Assembly (NCBI RefSeq): GCF_009914755.1 | Contig: NC_060928.1 | Strand: one strand, 5' to 3' | Source: the human T2T-CHM13v2.0 reference genome, Homo sapiens | DNA length: 64,000 bases | Shown: piece by piece, positions 1-15,613 of the stretch | Numbering within the stretch: position 1 is the first letter of the stretch | Layout: each line of letters starts with the position of its first letter | Notes under the pieces: generated by a model | What the model saw: only the letters and a program-made list of their open reading frames with translations | Database searches by the model: none | What the model was told of the DNA's origin: nothing | Translations under genes and position numbers: made by a program

Positions 1-534
1 TCTTCCTCAGATAATATGATTTAGAGGATTATTTTCCAAGTAGGTCTATTTTAGAAATAATATTCTAGAAAAATGGATTCATAAGGATAACATAATGTTA
101 TGCTGCCACTTTACTTTCACATTGGAAGGCTCGTTTAGATCTCCAATCAAAAGCCAGTGGTATTTCATAACGTTCATATTTAAATTAATATAATACTGAA
201 TGAGAATAACTTAAATTGCATTAATTTTTTTTCATTTCTTGCTATACCTACCCTCAACATAGTCTGTTAGAACTGATAATTGAAGTGTTAAACTTTGAGG
301 GAAAGAAGAGAGTCAAATACATGGTGCTTAGAAATGGCATATATATTTTTTTCTCAAAACCAGTTGTCAGTAAGAAATAACTCAAATAGAGTTTGGTTCT
401 GTAGAGACCTTTTTTCCCTTAAATTCAATGCAAATATCTTCTAAATTTGGGGGAAATGACCTATGAATGACAAAAGATTTCCATTGCACTATTTCATTTT
501 ATTTTTATAAACATCTTAAGGAAAGGAAATGGAA

Positions 535-650
535 AATGATATCATCTCTATTTTTGGAAGATAAACTAAGTTGTGAAAATTCTAGGATACTTTTCCAGGA
601 TCACATAGCTAGCTAGGATCATTGCAGGATGAGGATTAGAATTCATGTTT
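535..650 (-). mobile_element. MIR SINE fragment (ancient)
   Basis: Degenerate MIR core motifs (atcatctctattttt...ccaggatcacatagctag...ggattagaattcatg); boundaries approximate. Confidence 0.45.
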
Positions 651-1202
651 TATTCACTCACTTTTCATTTATTTATTCAATTGAGATATTTAATGCGGAG
701 GACTGCTATTTTCTACTCTCATCGTAATGATATCTACTTTAGATGAAGATGAATATTTTGCTTGGGAGTGTGGGTTTTTATACATGGAACTTTAAAAATA
801 GAAAGATGTTGATTTTCATTTAAAAATATCCAGTAGAAAGCTAGGGAGAGGATAAGAGAGCAATGAAAGGGAGAGAGAGAGAAAGGGAGAACAGAATAGC
901 CCATATCCCAAAGAAAATAGGTGTGATGTTTTCTTAAGTTCTACTCACAAAAACAAAGGCAATTCTAAAGTAAGAATGAATAGTCATTACCACTTCATTA
1001 CTATGCAATCGAAAAGAATATAAATCATGGGTAATCCTCTTCCGAATGGAACAGATTTGCAGAACTTTTTATCTTGAATTCTGTGCAGTGTATCTTTTTT
1101 TCAGCTCCTTAGCCTTGGAGCTACTAAAGTAACTAGGCCAAAAATCATACAAAAATATAGTGTCTTGTTCTTTATTTCTCTATCTAATCTCTCTTCCTCT
1201 CC

Positions 1203-1258
<56 letters not shown>

Positions 1259-1281
1259 ATCTCTCTCTCTCTCTCTCTCTC
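1203..1281. repeat. Compound microsatellite (CT)n(GT)n(CT)n
   Basis: Read directly; it explains the spurious ORFs 1101-1391 and 1165-1356. Confidence 0.97.
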
Positions 1282-1889
1282 AATTTGTGTCGATGTCTGT
1301 TTTGGAAAGAAGAAAAAAACAAATTTGTAAGCCTAGACTCTGTATTTAATTTTTGATGCCTAAGTATTTGAGTTAATAATGAACATTTCATAAGAAATTA
1401 CTAAGAACCTTAATTAGGGTGCAACTTAGATACAAACAAAATGAATGAAAAATAGAAGAGAAAAAAAGTAAAATGTCACAAAGTTAATAGATTTTGACAT
1501 AATAAACATCATAAAAATGTTCTTTGTGGTGTATTTTAAATAATTCATAAATTAATATAGAGAACTATAGCCCTGGTGGCTCAGAGGAAAGCATAAAATA
1601 AAATAGGGCATCCAATGAGTCTGTTTACTGAATATCTTTGTGCTAAATATGATATGAGTATGAGTTAAACAAAGGAAGGAGGTGGGGGAACTTTTAAATT
1701 TTTCAAATTTTAATTTTCAGGTAGAGAACATTGGTGGCATGAGAGGGATATAGGTAGGTATTTGTAGTTATAGCATAATCCAAATGGGCTTAAACTTCAA
1801 CCAACCTTCTCTGCTAATAAAATAGTATATGACAGCTACTTAAGAGAGGGTTTCTACTAAGGATATAAAAGCTCACCCTACTCCGGGGA

Positions 1890-2145
1890 TGTCTTAGTTC
1901 ATTTTGTGCTGCAATAAATGAATACCACAGATGGAGTAACTTATAAAGAAAAAATGTTTATTTGGCTCATGGTTCTGGAGACTTAGAAGTCCAAAGAGCA
2001 TAGTGCTGGCATCTGGTGAGGGTCATTCCACGGTGGAAGGGTAAAAGTGAGTGCATGAAACAGACAGGAAAAAGGGGTGAAACTCCTGCAAAAACCAACC
2101 CACTTGAGTGACAATGGCATTAATCCATTCACGAGAGCAGAGCTG
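1890..2145 (-). mobile_element. MaLR LTR fragment (MLT1A/MST-like)
   Basis: Starts tgtcttagttcattttgtgctgcaataa...tttatttggctcatggttctggag...aagtccaa...ggcatctggtgagg, typical of a reverse-oriented MaLR LTR. Confidence 0.7.
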
Positions 2146-2670
2146 AAGTAATTATAGAGCAGTGAACTAGTAATATTGGAATGATGAGAAACGCTGGGTT
2201 TTCCTCTCTGCATTTTATTCTTCTGGATTGTGACCCTGTAATTTTTCACTTCAATTTTAAGCTTCCTAAAACTTTCAGAAACATAGGTTTCCTTTTGTTC
2301 ATGTTTTTAGTTGTTCTCAGCAGGAGAGTTGTTACAAATTTCCTATCCTGCCTTACTATAGAAAAAGTTTTTCTTAGTGTTTTCAATCTTTCTTTATAAA
2401 TGATTCATTAAAACCCTATATACAAGGATTTATGAGTGCAACTGATACTAAATAACAGTTTTACAGTGATATTAATATTCTTTTGAAATACCCACTTTTG
2501 GAAAATAATACATCGTAGCTTTAGGTTGTAAAAACAATGCAATTTGGTGACAGATTGACTGTAGTTTTAGGGCTTAGGATAGAGATGATGAAAATGCATT
2601 CTGCATCAGTGGACAATTTATATTTACTGTTAATTGAGCACATTTTCCCCATTTCAAAAATAACATCCAC

Positions 2671-3675
2671 TGTGGGCGGCAAGCCACCCAGGTGCCGAGA
2701 CAAGAGACTGAGGACACGAGCTGTTCCAGTATAATAAAATATAAAATAAGAATAGTTATACCAGATATAGATCTTAGATATGATTATATATGAATATAAT
2801 TAATCGTTAGTTGGTAGCAATTACTCTTTATTTCAATATTATAATAATCTTCGCTCTATAATCATAACCTAGGAAAAACCAGGCCATACAGAGATAGGAG
2901 CTGAGGGGACATAGTGAGGAGTGACCAGAGGACAAGAGTGCGAGCCTTCTGTTATGCCCAGATAGGGCCACCAGAGGGCTCCTTGGTCTAGCGGTAACGC
3001 CAGCATCTGGGAAGACACCTGTTGCCAGGCGGACCGTGGTCTAGCGGTAGCGTAAGTGTCAAGGGAAAACACCTGCTACTTAGCAGACTGGGAAAGGGCA
3101 TCTCCCTTTCCCCCGGGGGAGTTTAGAGAAGACTCTGCTCCTCCACCTCTTGTGGAGGGCCTGACATTAGTCAGGCTCGCCCGCAGCTATCTGGAGGCCT
3201 AACCGTCTCCCTGTGATGCTGTGCTTCAGTGGTCACGCTCCTAGTCGGCTTTCATGTTCCATCCTGTACACCTGGCTCTGATTCTAGATAGTAGTAGCAA
3301 ATTAGTGAAAGTACTAAAAGTCTCTAATAAGCAGAAATAATGGTGTAAGTTGTCTCTCTCTCTGTCTCCTCTCTCTCTCTGCCTCCGCTGCCAGGCAGGG
3401 AAGGGCCCCCTGTCCAGTGGACACGTGACCCACGTGGCCTTACCTATGATTGGAGGTGGCTCACTCTCCTTGTCCTGCCCCTTTGTCTTGCATCCAATAA
3501 ATATCAGTGCAGCCTGGCATTTGGGACCACTACCGGTCTCCGCGACTTGGTGGTAGTGGTCCCCCAGGCCCAGCTGTCTTTTCTTTTATCTCTTTGTCTT
3601 GTGTCTTTATTTCTACACTCTCTCGTCTCCGCACACGGGGAGAGACGCACCGACCCTGTGGGACTGGACCCTACA
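2671..3675 (+). mobile_element. Solo ERVK LTR, LTR13 (HML-4 group), 1005 bp
   Basis: TG...CA termini (tgtgggcggcaagccacccagg...ggaccctaca), AATAAA near 3496, perfect 6-bp TSD ATCCAC at 2665-2670 and 3676-3681. Confidence 0.9.
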
Positions 3676-3995
3676 ATCCACTCTCTGCACCTTGTAAACT
3701 TTAAAGTTTTATCACTTAATACTTATGTAAGAGTCCTCAAAATTTATTATATAGGAATAGTCACACATATTTATTCAGTAGCACCTTATTTTTAACTGTC
3801 TTTTATTATTAAGCATTTATCTCACTCTATTATAATTAGATAAAAGAGTATTGACTAGAAAATATGTCTTATGTATCTTTATGACCACATCCTTAACAGA
3901 GCCCTACTCTAAGTTTATTAAATAAAGGAGTGATGAATGTATTCATACAAAAATAGTGAGATGTTGTGCTAATTTTTCTAATTTCAAAATCAGAC

Positions 3996-4437
3996 TTTTT
4001 TTCTTTCCAACTTTTATTTCAGGTTCAGGGAGTACATGTGCAGGTTTGTTACATGGGAAAATTGTGTGTTGCAGGGGTTTGGTGAACAGACTATTTCATC
4101 ATGCAGATAATAAGCATGGTACCCTACAGGTAGTTTTTCAGTTTTCACCTTCCTCCCACCCTCCACCCTTAAGTACGCCCCAGTCTCTATTGTTTCCTTT
4201 TTTGTGTCCATGTGTTCTAAATATTTAGCTCCCACTTATAAATGAGAACATTTTGTATTAGGTTTTTCGTATCCGCATTAATTTGCTAAGGATAATGGCC
4301 TCAGTTCCATCCATGTTGCTACAAAGGATATGATCTTCTTAGTTTTTAAGGCTGTGTAATATTGTATGGTATATACATATATACCACATTTTCTTCATCC
4401 AATTCCCCACTGATGGGCATTTAGGTTGATTTCATAT
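3996..4437 (-). mobile_element. 5'-truncated L1 3' end (old L1PA15/16-like)
   Basis: T-tail followed by ...gtacatgtgcaggtttgttacatggg...ctcccacttataaatgagaac..., the reverse complement of the L1 3'UTR and ORF2 end. Confidence 0.8.
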
Positions 4438-5259
4438 TATTTTAAAATTTACATATGTAGCCCTTAATATATGTAAAATTTACATATACATCCTTTAAAT
4501 ATAGAGGTCTTAAAGTTATAAATGTATACATATATATAGAGAAAATATATATATAAATACTTATATAGAAAAAATATATAAGTATATATAGAAACAAATA
4601 TATAATTTGAATGAATGTCAAGTGACAATTTAAAACTACAACATTTCTGTTAATTTATATATTATGCTCATACATACAAAAATATATGTTTGTGTTATGC
4701 ACATATATGCATATATTCTTGGCGGGTTCTGATCACAAACAATATATAAAGCATTCTTCATGTACATTTTTGCATCTTTTATATAAATAGAAGCAATGGA
4801 TATGCCTCTATTTTAGCAAATATTAGCGGCAATAAAAGGATTATATATATATGGCATTGGTTTCTCAGAGTTTGCTTCAAAATCTCCTGTCAAGTGTGGG
4901 AGATACCAAAATTCTTCCAAAAATTGTGCTCAAGTTTTACAAGATATTTTTTATTGCAACCAAGAACACCTTAACTGATCCAGCTAACGGGTAAGCACCA
5001 GTGGCTCAAGGCTGTGTATTTATATGGACTTCAGGTTTAATTCACCATAGGAATTCTAGCACTGTATAGAGGAGTTCCTCAAGGTTTTGGCACTACTGAC
5101 CTATTAGGAAAATACAGAAACTGTATTGCTTTAAAAAATGGTATGCTTTAAACATTAATTTAATTCAAAATATTTTAGACTTTCATAAATATTCCGAGAA
5201 TGATATTATACTATTATGACTACTTGTATAACCATTACATAATGTATGCAAATTTGAAC

Positions 5260-5465
5260 TGTTGGGAACCAAACCTCTATGGGTCTCTCAATCTTCTGCA
5301 CATCTTGTGAGCACAGGCACTGACTGCCTTTGTGCTAGACTATCTTTTAAGTTTATTTTTATATCAAAAATTTCTTGGAAGACAGAGATATTGTCTCTTT
5401 CCAAAGCATAAGGCAGCATGCTTACTGCTTCTTACAAAAAGATTCAAGTACCCTCAGCTCAGACA
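5260..5465 (+). mobile_element. ERVL-class LTR 5' fragment (LTR47/MER54-like)
   Basis: tgttgggaac...gggtctctc...tctgcacatcttgtgagcacaggcactgactgcctttg matches a remembered ERVL LTR start; family uncertain. Confidence 0.5.
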
Positions 5466-5559
5466 CAATATGTTAAGAAAACACCCATAGTCAATGTGGT
5501 ATTTTTTCACTTGCTTTCATAATAGAGGCTAAGAAAAAAAGTTTATTTTTTCTAGCATT

Positions 5560-5865
5560 ATGGCTAAGCAAGATAATGCAAAATGGCTATAACCAGTAAG
5601 ATGTGAGAGGAAGTCCATAGGAGCTTCTTCAATATATTTTTTGGATTGGTAATGAGAAGAATAGAAGTTACTGGTGAGTCCTGACTCTGCAGAGCCATCT
5701 TTGTGTTATTAGATACCAAACATAAGAACAAAATGCCAACATGCTACATGTGATATAATAGGAAGAGGGGAAAGGACTAGCTCTTGGAGGTACCATTGAA
5801 CAGTTGAACTAATCTCATTAGTAGCTACCTGATGGACTTCTTACAGTATAAGAAAGAATAAATCT
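5560..5865 (+). mobile_element. Old MaLR LTR fragment (MLT1J/K-like)
   Basis: Degenerate motifs ccagtaagatgtgagaggaagtc, gcagagccatctt, ggacttctt...aataaatc. Confidence 0.4.
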
Positions 5866-5874
5866 TTCCCCCAG

Positions 5875-6685
5875 AAGTTATTAATTAAAAAATTTAAATC
5901 TATAGCAAAGCTAAAAGTATTATAAATGTAAACATGTATAAATTGAATATATTATAGCTAAAACTGATATGCGTATTTTTTCAATTTTGCAAAATTTGTT
6001 TGCTATCTAGCTCATACATGCTTACTCTGAAAATTTGCTTTTGCATGTACACACATACATGCATATAATTGTCCTTATTATAAATTATTTAAAAGTAAAC
6101 TTCAGGTATCATGACACATTACACCTAGCATGTCAGCATTTACATTTGAAGAATATGGACTTTTTTTTATAAAACCACAACACTGTTGCTATACCCAAGC
6201 AATTTATTGATGGTGAGTAGCATTATCTAATACATTGACCATGTTTACATTTCCCTAATTTGTCTCCAAATGTCTTTTTCCTAGTATTTTATCAGAGATC
6301 ATGTTTCTTTAGTCTCTAAATCTAGAACAGTCCTAATACTTTTAAAAAATATTTTTTATGACATTGATCATTTAGAAGATAGTCAAGTTATCTTTAAAAA
6401 TGTCACAAAGCTGCATTTATCTCACTACTTATTTTTGTTAGATTCATATTAAATATATTTGGCAAGAATACTATATGAGCTTTTTGTACACTATTTGGAT
6501 TTCTATTTTGTACACTATTTGTTTACAAATACTCTTTGTATTTCCCATTGTATTACATCAGAAACAAGTGTTTGCCTCACTGAAAGAAATGCTGTATTTG
6601 TTCAATTGGGTAAAATATCAGAAACAATTTTTTACTTTGTAATAAATTATCTGCAATGTTTTATTTTATTACCATGTAGATATCT
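5875..6685 (-). mobile_element. Ancient L1MC-type 3' region, left part (continues at about 17836-18400)
   Basis: L1MC4/5-like 3'UTR motifs (atcatgacacatt...aaaaccacaacactgtt...tctaatac); the consensus-like text stops at accatgtagatatc and resumes at about 17836. Confidence 0.5.
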
Positions 6686-8134
6686 TCTTTTTTAATAGTT
6701 TAAAAATTTATTGAGATATAATTAACATATTATACAATTTATCCTTTAGTGTACAATTAAATGATTTTTAGTATATTCACAGATATGTAGTCAATTAGAC
6801 AATATCTTCATCACCTCAAAAAGAAATCCCATACCCTTTAGCTATCAACCCCTCTTCCCTTTCCCACTTGAAGCAACCACTAATCTACTGTCCCTAGAGA
6901 TTTGTCTATTCTGGACATTTCATATGAATGAAATTATATAACCTATGGTCTTTTGTGAATGGCTTCCTTCATTTGCAGGATATTTTCAAGATCCACCTAT
7001 GTTGCAGCATATTACAGTAATTCATTTATTTTTATTGCTGAACACCATTTCATTATATGGATATGCCACATTTTGTTCATCCACTTGTCAGTTGATGGAC
7101 ACTTGGGTTGTTTCTAACTTTTTATTTTTATGAGTAATGGTGCTATAAACATTGACATACAAGTTTCTGTGGGGACATATGTTTTCATTTCTCTTGGGTA
7201 TATACATAGGATTAGATTTGCTGGGTCATAAATTAATTCTTTGTTTATCTTTTTTGAGAAACTGCCAGTGTATGTTTTCCATAGCAGCTGCATCTGGACT
7301 GTCAATCTTATTCTACTGATTTTTAAATCTGTCCTTATGCCAGTACTATACCATCTTGAACACTGTTGTTTTGTAGTGTTTTCAAATTGGTAAGCCTGAA
7401 TCCTCCAACTAATTACTTCTTTTTCAAAATGGCTTTGGCTATTCTGGGTTTCTTACAATTCCATATGAATTTAGAGTCAACTTATTAATTTCTACAAATG
7501 AGTCATTTGAAATTATTATAGGAATTTTAGATCAATTTTGTGAGTATTGCCATCTTAAGACTATTAAGTCATTTAATTTGTGAATGAGGATGTCATGTTC
7601 ATTAGGCGTCTTTGGCCTTTCACAATGGTGTTTTGTAATTTTCAGAGCATAAGTTTTGTATTTTAACAAATATTTTTAAGTATTTTATTGGTTTTGATGT
7701 TGTTGTAAATGGAATTGTTTTCTTAATTCCACTTTTGGGATATTCCTCGCAACTGTAAAGAAATATAATTGATTCTCATATCCTGTAACCTTGCTTATCT
7801 CATTTATTCTAATAATTGTTTTGTGAATTCCTTAGGATATATCTATATACAAGACAGTGCCATCTGCCAATAGAGTTGTATTTTTTTATACCGATCTGGA
7901 TGCCTTTAAAAATTTTTTCTTGCCTAGTTGCAATCAGCCACTCTTTCACAATTAAGTATGGCCTTAACTGTGGCTTTTTTTTTAATAAATGTACTTTATC
8001 AGGTTAAGAAATTTCCTTTCAATTTCTAGTTTGTTGAGTGTTTTTATCACAAAAGAATAATAGATGTATTTCAATTTCTTTTCCACCTCCATTGAGATGA
8101 ACGTGTAATTTTTGTTTCTGCTCTATTTACATAA

Positions 8135-8476
<342 letters not shown>

Positions 8477-9410
8477 ACGAATTGATTTTTGAATGTTAAG
8501 GTTTTGCAGGTTGTATCCTCATTTTCATTCATCTTCAAAGTGTTTTCTGATTTCCCTTTTGCATTCTTTTTCACCCATTGGTTATTTAGCAGTGTTATTT
8601 AATGAAAAACACATTTGTGAGTTTCCCAAATATTTCTTATCTGTTATTGATTTCTAATTTTACTTCAATGTTTTTAAAGACTACACTTCATATTATTTTC
8701 ATCCTTTTAAATTTAATAAAGTTTGTTTCATAGCCTAGCATGTGGTTGATATGGAAGGATGCTCCATGTGCACTTGAGAAAATATATCTTTTTATATTTT
8801 GTAGTGACTGGGTGCAGCATGTTATAGATATCTATTAGGGCTAGTTGGCTTATATTGCTGTTTTAGCCTTCCGTTTTCTTGCTAGTCGTCTTTCTTTTGC
8901 CTAGTTGTTGTGTTCATTATCAAATGTGAGGCATTAACCATCATCTTAATACGTATAAGTTTTGCTTCATATATTTTGTTTCTCTCTTACTAGGCATGTA
9001 TATGATTGTTTTTATCTTCCTGGCTAATGCACCTTTTATCATTATAATATGTCTAACATATACCTCTAATAGAATTTTAAATTTTAAAGTGCATTTGTCT
9101 GCTATTAGTATAGGCAATATTTTCTTGTGGCTGCTGTTTGAATGGCATGCCTTTTCCACATCTTTTCAGCTTATTTGGATTTTTGAATTTAAAGTGTGTC
9201 TTTTGTAGAAAACGTGGTTAAATTATTTGTTTTAATCCAGTCTGATAATCTCTGCCTTCTGTTTGGATTGTCTAAGCATCTATATTTAATGCTATAATTG
9301 ATATAGTTCGATTTATGTCTTACATTTTACTTTTGTTTTTGTGTGTTTAATGTCTTTTTTTGTTCTTCTAATTCTCTTTACTGTTTTCTTTTGCATTAAG
9401 TGAATCTTTG

Positions 9411-9487
9411 TTTCTTCAGACAAGGTCTCACTCTGTTGTTCAGGCTGGAGTGCAGTGGTGAAATCATGACTCACTGCAGCCTCAACT
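9411..9487 (-). mobile_element. Truncated AluJ/FLAM fragment
   Basis: agacaaggtctcactctgttgttcaggctggagtgcagtggtg...tcactgcagcctcaact. Confidence 0.8.
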
Positions 9488-9567
9488 GAGAAGTTGAAAC
9501 AATAATACAAGCAGTCTCATGTATCTTTTTCCTTCACTTTTCAAAATCAAATTTGTTGGATATGAGA

Positions 9568-9742
9568 CTTTCTTTTCCTTCCTTCCTTCCATCCTTCCTT
9601 CCTTTCTCTCTCTTTCTTTCCTTCTTTCTTTCTTCCTTCCTTTCTTTGTCTTTTTCTTTTCTTTTCTTTCTTTCTTTCTTTCTTCTTCTCTCTTTTCTCT
9701 CTCTCTTTTTTTCTCTCTCTCTTTCTTTTTTTCTTCCCTTTG
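9568..9742. repeat. Polypyrimidine/polypurine low-complexity tract (TTCC/TTTC/TC)
   Basis: About 175 bp of almost pure C/T on the + strand. Confidence 0.95.
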
Positions 9743-9799
9743 AATGTGTCACTCCAAGGCTTTCTGGCCTTCATTGTTTCTGTTAAGAAATAAGATGTT

Positions 9800-10707
9800 G
9801 TGGGGAGGGGCCAAGATGGCCGAATAGAAACAGCTCCGGTCTATAGCTCCCAGCGTGAGCGACGCAGAAGACGGATGATTTCTGCATTTCCATCTGAGGT
9901 ACCGGTTTCATCTCACTAGGGAGTGCCAGACAGTGGGCGCAGGTCAGTGGGTGCGCGCACCGTGCACGAGCCGAAGCAGGGCGAGGCATTGCCTCACTTG
10001 GGAAGCACAAGGGGTCAGGGAGTTCCCTTTCTGAGTCAAAGAAAGGGGTGACGGACGGCACCTGGAAAATCAGGTCACTCCCACCCGAATACTGCGCTTT
10101 TCCGACGGGCTTAAAAAACGGCGCACCACGAGATTATATCCCACACCTGGCTCGGAGGGTCCTACGCCCATGGAGTCTTGCTGATTGCTAGCACAGCAGT
10201 CTGAGATCAAACTGCAAGGCAGCAGTGAGGCTGGGGGAGGGGCGCCCGCCATTGCCCAGGCTTGATTAGGTAAACAAAGCAGCCTGGAAGCTCGAACTGG
10301 GTGGAGCCCACCACAGCTCAAGGAGGCCTGCCTGCCTCTGTAGGCTCCACCTCTGGGGGCAGGGCACAGACAAACAAAAAGACAGCAGTAACCTCTGCAG
10401 ACTTAAATGTCCCTGTCTGACAGCTTTGAAGAGAGCAGTGGTTCTCCCAGCACCCAGCTAGAGATCTGAGAATGGGCAGACTGCCTCCTCAAGTGGGTCC
10501 CTGACCCCTGACCCCCGAGCAGCCTAACTGGGAGGCACCCCCCAGCAGGGGCACACTGACAACTCATACAGCAGGGTACTCCAACAGACCTGCAGCTGAG
10601 GGTCCTCTCTGTTAGAAGGAAAACTAGCAAACAGAAAGGACATCCACACCAAAAACCCATCTGTACACCACCATCATCAAAGACCAAAAGTAGATAAAAC
10701 CACAAAG
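9800..10707 (+). promoter_or_regulatory. L1 5'UTR internal sense and antisense promoter, with an intact YY1 motif
   Basis: CAAGATGGCCG at about 9812-9822; locally CpG-rich; promoter function is established for this family, activity here unknown. Confidence 0.75.
10070..10252 (-). pseudogene. ORF0: L1 ORF0 (antisense ORF), truncated to 60 aa
   Basis: Translation MAGAPPPASLLPCSLISDCCASNQ...IRVGVT then TGA, where the canonical 71-aa ORF0 continues. Confidence 0.8.
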
Positions 10708-11724
10708 ATGGGGAAAAAACAGAACAGAAAAACTGGAAACTCTAAAAAGCAGAGCGCCTCTCCTCCTCCAAAGGAATGCAGTTCCTCACCAGCAATGGAA
10801 CAAAGCTGGATGGAGAATGACTTTGAGGAGCTGAGAGAAGAAGGCTTCAGACGATCAAATTACTCTGAGCTATGAGAGGACATTCAAACCAAAGGCAAAG
10901 AAGTTGAAAACTTTGAAAAAAATTTAGAAGAATGTATAACTAGAAAAACCAATACAGAGAAGTGCTTAAAGGAGCTGATGGAGCTGAAAACCAAGGCTCG
11001 AGAACTACGTGAAGAATGCAGAAGTCTCAGGAGCTGATGCGATCAACTGGAAGAAAGGGTATCAGCAATGGAAGAAGAAATGAATGAAATGAAGCGAGAA
11101 GGGAAGTTTAGAGAAAAAAGAATAAAAAGAAATGAGCAAAGCCTCCAAGAAATATGGGACTATGTGAAAAGACCAAATCTACGTCTGATTGGTGTACCTG
11201 AAAGTGATGGGGAGAATGGAACCAAGTTGGAAAACACTCTGCAGGATATTATCCAGGAGAACTTCCCCAATCTAGCAAGGCAGGCCAACGTTCAGATTCA
11301 GGAAATACAGAGAATGCCACAAAGATACTCCTCGAGACGAGCAACTCCAAGACACATAATTGTCAGATTCACCAAAGTTGAAATGAAGGAAAAAATGTTA
11401 AGGGTAGCCAGAGAGAAAGGTCGGGTTACCCTCAAAGGGAAGCCCATCAGACTAACAGCAGATCTCTCAGCAGAAACCCTATAAGCCAGAAGACAGTGGG
11501 GGCCAATATTCAACATTCTTAAAGAAAAGAATATTCAACCCAGAATTTCATATCCAGCCAAACTAAGCTTCATAAGTGAAGGAGAAATAAAATACTTTAC
11601 GGACAAGCAAATGCTGAGAGACTTTGTCACCACCAGGCCTGCCTTACAAGAGCTCCTGAAGGAAGCACTAAACATGGAAAGAAACAACCGGTACCAGCCG
11701 CTGCAAAATCATGCCAAAATGTAA
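10708..11724 (+). pseudogene. ORF1: L1 ORF1p (338 codons, three in-frame stops)
   Basis: MGKKQNRKTGNSK... start; stops at 10873 (TGA), 11035 (TGA) and 11482 (TAA); the frame is kept to TAA at 11722-11724. Confidence 0.93.
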
Positions 11725-11772
11725 AGACCATCGAGACTAGGAAGAAACTGCATCAACTAACGAGCAAAATAA

Positions 11773-15613
<3,841 letters not shown>

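Noticed and set aside
9519-9786. K/R/E-rich and F/S/L-rich ORFs
   Set aside because: They are translations of a CT low-complexity tract.
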